From a virus (taxonomy: Duplodnaviria; Caudoviricetes), in IMG/VR virus record IMGVR_UViG_3300017754_000556, positions 1-50,968 of that record: 50,968 bases of DNA. The stretch is one strand, 5' to 3'. The notes under the pieces were generated by a model. The model saw only the letters and a program-made list of their open reading frames with translations. It was not told the DNA's origin and did no database searches. Positions 48,150 through 50,968 of the stretch are shown here, piece by piece. Position 1 is the stretch's first letter. Every line of letters begins with the position of its first letter. The position numbers and the translations under genes were made by a program.

Positions 48150-48176
48150 AACATTAACAGGTGTTAAAGTAGAAAG

Positions 48177-48650
48177 CTAACACGCATGGGGATTGGTCTT
48201 ATCGGGAAAGCTGCCGGTGACCAGCAGACACATCGTCTGACAAACCAGTCTCCAGCCGTGTTGGTGTTAGCAAGATTGAAAAGAGCCGTAGGCATACGGC
48301 GACTGAGGGAAATTCAAGTTGGTAGGCCAACCCCAAGTAAATCCCAAGTAGCGTACCTCTAACCCTAACGTACATTGGGCGAAATGTGATCGAATGAGAG
48401 AGGCGATCAACCAACAACTAACACGCATGGGGATTGGCGTACCAGCGTTCAGCAAGGCGTAAGCCCCTATGAACACATACCAGTCCCCAGCCGTGTTGGT
48501 GAATGCGCAGGCTGATGCGCGACACACTTGGTTGCTCTTGTGTGATTGGACGAGGCGCTGACCGTGGGCAAATATGAACAAACACGGGAACCGGAGGCGG
48601 TCTAGAACGCCAAAGGATTGTCAAGCTGGAGATCAGTACCAGAAACCAAC
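48177..48650 (+). ncRNA. Array of repeat-bounded structured RNA cassettes (A1-B1-A2-B2)
   Basis: CTAACACGCATGGGGATTGG at 48177-48196 and 48418-48437 (identical). ACCAGTCYCCAGCCGTGTTGGTG at 48244-48266 and 48479-48501. The two repeats are mutually complementary. Confidence 0.6.
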
Positions 48651-48668
48651 AAATATTTTTAGTACTTA

Positions 48669-48697
48669 TTGCCGAAAAGCAAAAAGTGCTGTATAGT
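48669..48697 (+). promoter_or_regulatory. Sigma70-type promoter
   Basis: TTGCCG, 17 nt, TATAGT. The predicted start (~48703) coincides with the first hairpin. Confidence 0.65.
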
Positions 48698-48702
48698 GTT
48701 AA

Positions 48703-48823
48703 TCGTTGCCGTAGGAAGCGACGAGTTGAAGCCGTTTACACATGCATTCTGCTTTACCTAATGATGAGTCGCAGATTCATTAGGTAAAGTTCCTACCAGG
48801 GTGCAGTTGTAAACGGCTTTTTT
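48703..48823 (+). ncRNA. About 120-nt structured RNA or attenuator ending in a U-tract
   Basis: A 7-bp hairpin with loop CGTAGGAA, then a long hairpin of 12 + 9 + 13 bp with bulge TTCCTAC, followed by a T-run. Confidence 0.65.
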
Positions 48824-48834
48824 CGTTTCTATGG

Positions 48835-49170
48835 CTACCGGACTCCATCCGTTAGCAAGTGGTTGTATCGCCAGCGTGGAAGTAAAGACAAAAAACTCGG
48901 TGTGACCCGCACCTCCGAAGTAGCGTAAGCCAAAAGGAATAAACAAGGTTGTCGTAAAGACACATACCCTAGTACGCTGGGAGATGATCGACAAGCCGGT
49001 GAGAACTGGCTTTATCGGGATTCCAGGGGAGGGCGGCAGTCCGGTCTGCCGTTAGGCTGCATAAAAACCAGTCAAAACACCTTGATAAAGAGTCGTGAGC
49101 CATCCAACACCCAACAGCCGGGGGAGGGAGGGTCAACGGGTAAGAGGGCTTAGCTGTGGTGATACAACAG
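48835..49170 (+). ncRNA. Putative ~330-nt multi-helix structured RNA or origin element
   Basis: No convincing ORF. Several nested long-range and local pairings (see findings). Confidence 0.4.
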
Positions 49171-49200
49171 TTGACAAGCTATGGATTCATGTGGTATGAT
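49171..49200 (+). promoter_or_regulatory. Strong sigma70-type early promoter
   Basis: TTGACA, 18 nt, TATGAT, with an extended -10 TG. Confidence 0.75.
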
Positions 49201-49206
49201 ATTTAC

Positions 49207-49273
49207 GAGGGGAAAGCGGATGCTGATACAGGGGACTGAGGAACGTTGGTCAGTCAGCGCAGCGAGTACCCTC
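49207..49273 (+). ncRNA. Leader hairpin with a loop-E-like internal loop
   Basis: GAGGG-GAAA-GC...GC-GAGTA-CCCTC with an inner TGCTGA/TCAGCG stem. It starts at the predicted TSS and is followed by ACCTTTTT. Confidence 0.45.
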
Positions 49274-49298
49274 ACCTTTTTAACTTAGGAGAAAGCAA

Positions 49299-49550
49299 AT
49301 GACATGGAACATTTTTAAGAGAGTAGCTGAACTAGAGAAGGTAACCATAGACCTACATCAAGCGCTAAGTATGCTGCACAGCCAAATGCGTATTAAATAT
49401 TCCTCATCTAAGGCGGAAGAAGAGAAGGAAAAGAAACGTCTTTACCACCGTGAATGGCGTGCAAAAAACAAACTTAGCGAGGATGCTCGTGAGAGGAAGA
49501 ACGCCTACGCAAGAGCCTACTACGCCCGCACAAAAGGAGCAAAGAAATGA
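49299..49550 (+). CDS. Small basic hypothetical protein
   Basis: SD TAGGAG, 83 aa. Confidence 0.65.
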   Translation: MTWNIFKRVAELEKVTIDLHQALSMLHSQMRIKYSSSKAEEEKEKKRLYHREWRAKNKLSEDARERKNAYARAYYARTKGAKK

Positions 49551-49747
49551 GAAAAGTACGTTTTATGGAGTTGATGAAGGAGCCCTTCAAAAGACCCACA
49601 CCCCTTGAGATGATTGCTACCGAACTAGCCGATGCCCACATGGAGAAGTTGAGCGCAGAGACTGCGGTGGAGTACGCGCAGAGCATCGTGGACTACAACG
49701 TAACCCGCATTGAGCGGTTGAACAAACGTATGGAGGAATACAAATGA
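49547..49747 (+). CDS. Small helical hypothetical protein
   Basis: ATGA-coupled, 66 aa. Confidence 0.7.
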   Translation: MRKVRFMELMKEPFKRPTPLEMIATELADAHMEKLSAETAVEYAQSIVDYNVTRIERLNKRMEEYK

Positions 49748-49962
49748 AAGACACAAGAGAAATTGCAGACGCGGATTACGCCAAGCAGTACACCGACTGG
49801 CACGTAAAGACCGGAGGCTTTGCAAGGGACATGACCTTGCGTGACCACTTTGCGGGGATGGCTATGCAAGGAATTATTTATGAGGGTGCAGAGTCATCAG
49901 TTGAAGTTGCAAACTGGGCGTATGGAATGGCAGACGCAATGCTCAAGGAGAGAAACAAATGA
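49744..49962 (+). CDS. Small 'LRDHFAGMAM' family protein, copy 3
   Basis: 'DMTLRDHFAGMAMQGII...AYGMADAMLKER'. Confidence 0.75.
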   Translation: MKDTREIADADYAKQYTDWHVKTGGFARDMTLRDHFAGMAMQGIIYEGAESSVEVANWAYGMADAMLKERNK

Positions 49963-50180
49963 ACTGTTGTAACGACATGGGAACTTGCACACAAGGGCGT
50001 GACTGCCCTGTACGCAAGCAACGCGCCAAGGAAACCGATGATGCGTACATGAACAGGGGAAGCTGGGGTAGTGTTGCTGACCCATACGATGACGTTGCGG
50101 ATACCTTTAAGGCGCTTATCCTTGTAATCGCTGTTACCGCATTACTAACGCTGTTGGCTTTTTTTATTTGGGGGAAGTGA
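49959..50180 (+). CDS. Small protein with a Cys-rich N-terminus and C-terminal TM helix
   Basis: 'CCNDMGTCTQGRDCPVR' and a hydrophobic tail. Confidence 0.7.
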   Translation: MNCCNDMGTCTQGRDCPVRKQRAKETDDAYMNRGSWGSVADPYDDVADTFKALILVIAVTALLTLLAFFIWGK

Positions 50181-50425
50181 TGAACGATGTAGCACTATAT
50201 AGACTTTCTGAATCGTTACCGGTTTGCGCTGTGTGCAATAAGCCTGTGGATAAAGTTGAATCTATGTACCACCCTAATTACATGGGCAAATTGTTTCGCG
50301 TTTATTGTCACGGCAAAACTGAAGAGCAAATGCTTTCGGACTACGATGTTTGCAGTAGCTTACAAATAACATTTGACTTAGCATTTCAAAGACCATCAGG
50401 AATAACACATGAACAAATTTATTGA
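50180..50425 (+). CDS. Small hypothetical protein with CxxC
   Basis: ATG at 50180. Contains 'CAVCNK' and 'YCHG'. Confidence 0.6.
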   Translation: MNDVALYRLSESLPVCAVCNKPVDKVESMYHPNYMGKLFRVYCHGKTEEQMLSDYDVCSSLQITFDLAFQRPSGITHEQIY

Positions 50426-50516
50426 CTGGTGGTTTTCGGGTCGTTTTCTAAAACACCCGATGGTGGTGGCGGTAATATTTTATTTACTCGGATATGCGGT
50501 TGGGAGTGACACATGA
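50409..50516 (+). CDS. 35-aa membrane peptide
   Basis: MNKFIDWWFSGRFLKHPMVVAVIFYLLGYAVGSDT, read by hand. It fills the gap with coupled overlaps. Confidence 0.45.
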   Translation: MNKFIDWWFSGRFLKHPMVVAVIFYLLGYAVGSDT

Positions 50517-50611
50517 ATATTGTTGACTTTATGGATGCCCACTTTTGGGCGCTTTGGTTGCTGGTCGTTTGGGTGGCAGCTTGCATTGCAAATTGGGGGC
50601 CAAAAAAATGA
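50513..50611 (+). CDS. 32-aa membrane peptide
   Basis: MNIVDFMDAHFWALWLLVVWVAACIANWGPKK, with ATGA overlaps at both ends. Confidence 0.5.
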   Translation: MNIVDFMDAHFWALWLLVVWVAACIANWGPKK

Positions 50612-50859
50612 ACATCATTGAACTAGCAAAGCAAGCGGAATTTAGTGACCGAGAAATACAGATTTCACACGATAACTTTGCAAGGTTTGCCGCCTTGGTA
50701 GCAGCGCATGAGCGTGAGGCGTGCGTTAAGGAGTGCAAAAAGTTAATCAAAGTATTTTTATCTCCGCAATATAAAACCGGACAACCGCTGTCTAGTTTTG
50801 GAGAGCGCCATGCTGTTGCCGCTTGTATAGAGGCAATTGAAGCAAGGGGAACAACATGA
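50608..50859 (+). CDS. Small phage protein ('IIELAKQA...RFAALVAAHEREAC' type)
   Basis: ATG at 50608. The motif is common in proteobacterial phage early regions. Confidence 0.7.
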   Translation: MNIIELAKQAEFSDREIQISHDNFARFAALVAAHEREACVKECKKLIKVFLSPQYKTGQPLSSFGERHAVAACIEAIEARGTT

Positions 50860-50968
50860 CAGGATATTACTGCGTAGTATGCGGTAAGTTTTTACCAGCA
50901 GATGAGCATGGCGTTATCGTGCATGACGATGTGCCGCACCCTGTTGATATGGACTTTGGAGACGAGGA
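50856..50968 (+). CDS. Hypothetical protein, 3'-truncated by the window edge
   Basis: MTGYYCVVCGKFLP..., ATGA-coupled and open to the window end. Confidence 0.5.
   Translation, partial: MTGYYCVVCGKFLPADEHGVIVHDDVPHPVDMDFGDE

Noticed and set aside
48177-48501. CRISPR array interpretation of the repeats, given the nearby Cas4-like gene
   Set aside because: There are only two units, with two different alternating repeats, unequal spacers of about 45 and 150 nt, and no cas operon. Standalone Cas4-like exonucleases are common in phage recombination modules.
48495-48651. Canonical tRNA or tmRNA
   Set aside because: No TTCRA T-loop, no 7-nt anticodon arm, no CCA end and no tag reading frame.
48199-48994. 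Minus-strand ORFs 48199-48417, 48267-48581, 48418-48624 and 48758-48994
   Set aside because: They overlap each other, lack SD sequences or recognisable motifs, and run against the + strand promoters. RNA structure explains the region better.
1-50968. Prophage or host assignment, or alternative genetic code
   Set aside because: No integrase, att site or flanking host genes are visible. Genes read through normally in the standard code, and the host cannot be determined from this window.

Overview
The window is a large part of a tailed dsDNA bacteriophage genome with podovirus-like architecture. Positions 1-43461 form one + strand virion operon: a partial portal, GroES-like co-chaperonin, probable scaffold, decoration protein and Mu gpT-like major capsid, then a cluster of small Lys-rich proteins, adaptors, two tail fibres and a Gly-rich adhesin, a lysis cassette, a tail protein, ejection-type proteins, and a 4568-aa DarB-like polyvalent protein. 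Positions 43445-47693 form a - strand early operon with an ERF-like annealase, a PD-(D/E)XK exonuclease and small ORFs. Positions 47778-50968 run on the + strand and hold a resolvase-like gene, about 1.2 kb of non-coding DNA dense with structured-RNA candidates and sigma70-type promoters, and small early ORFs. I see no terminase, DNA polymerase, primase, integrase, canonical tRNA, rRNA or CRISPR array. The best leads are: (1) a repeat-bounded array of structured RNA cassettes at 48177-48650 and three further RNA structures next to it; (2) a hydrophobic-x-x-G-G motif shared by many virion-operon proteins; (3) a double-pseudoknot RNA after the capsid gene; (4) a relic M15 peptidase endolysin behind the GH108 lysin; (5) the multi-enzyme giant protein. 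All family assignments come from motif recognition by eye, not from database searches.
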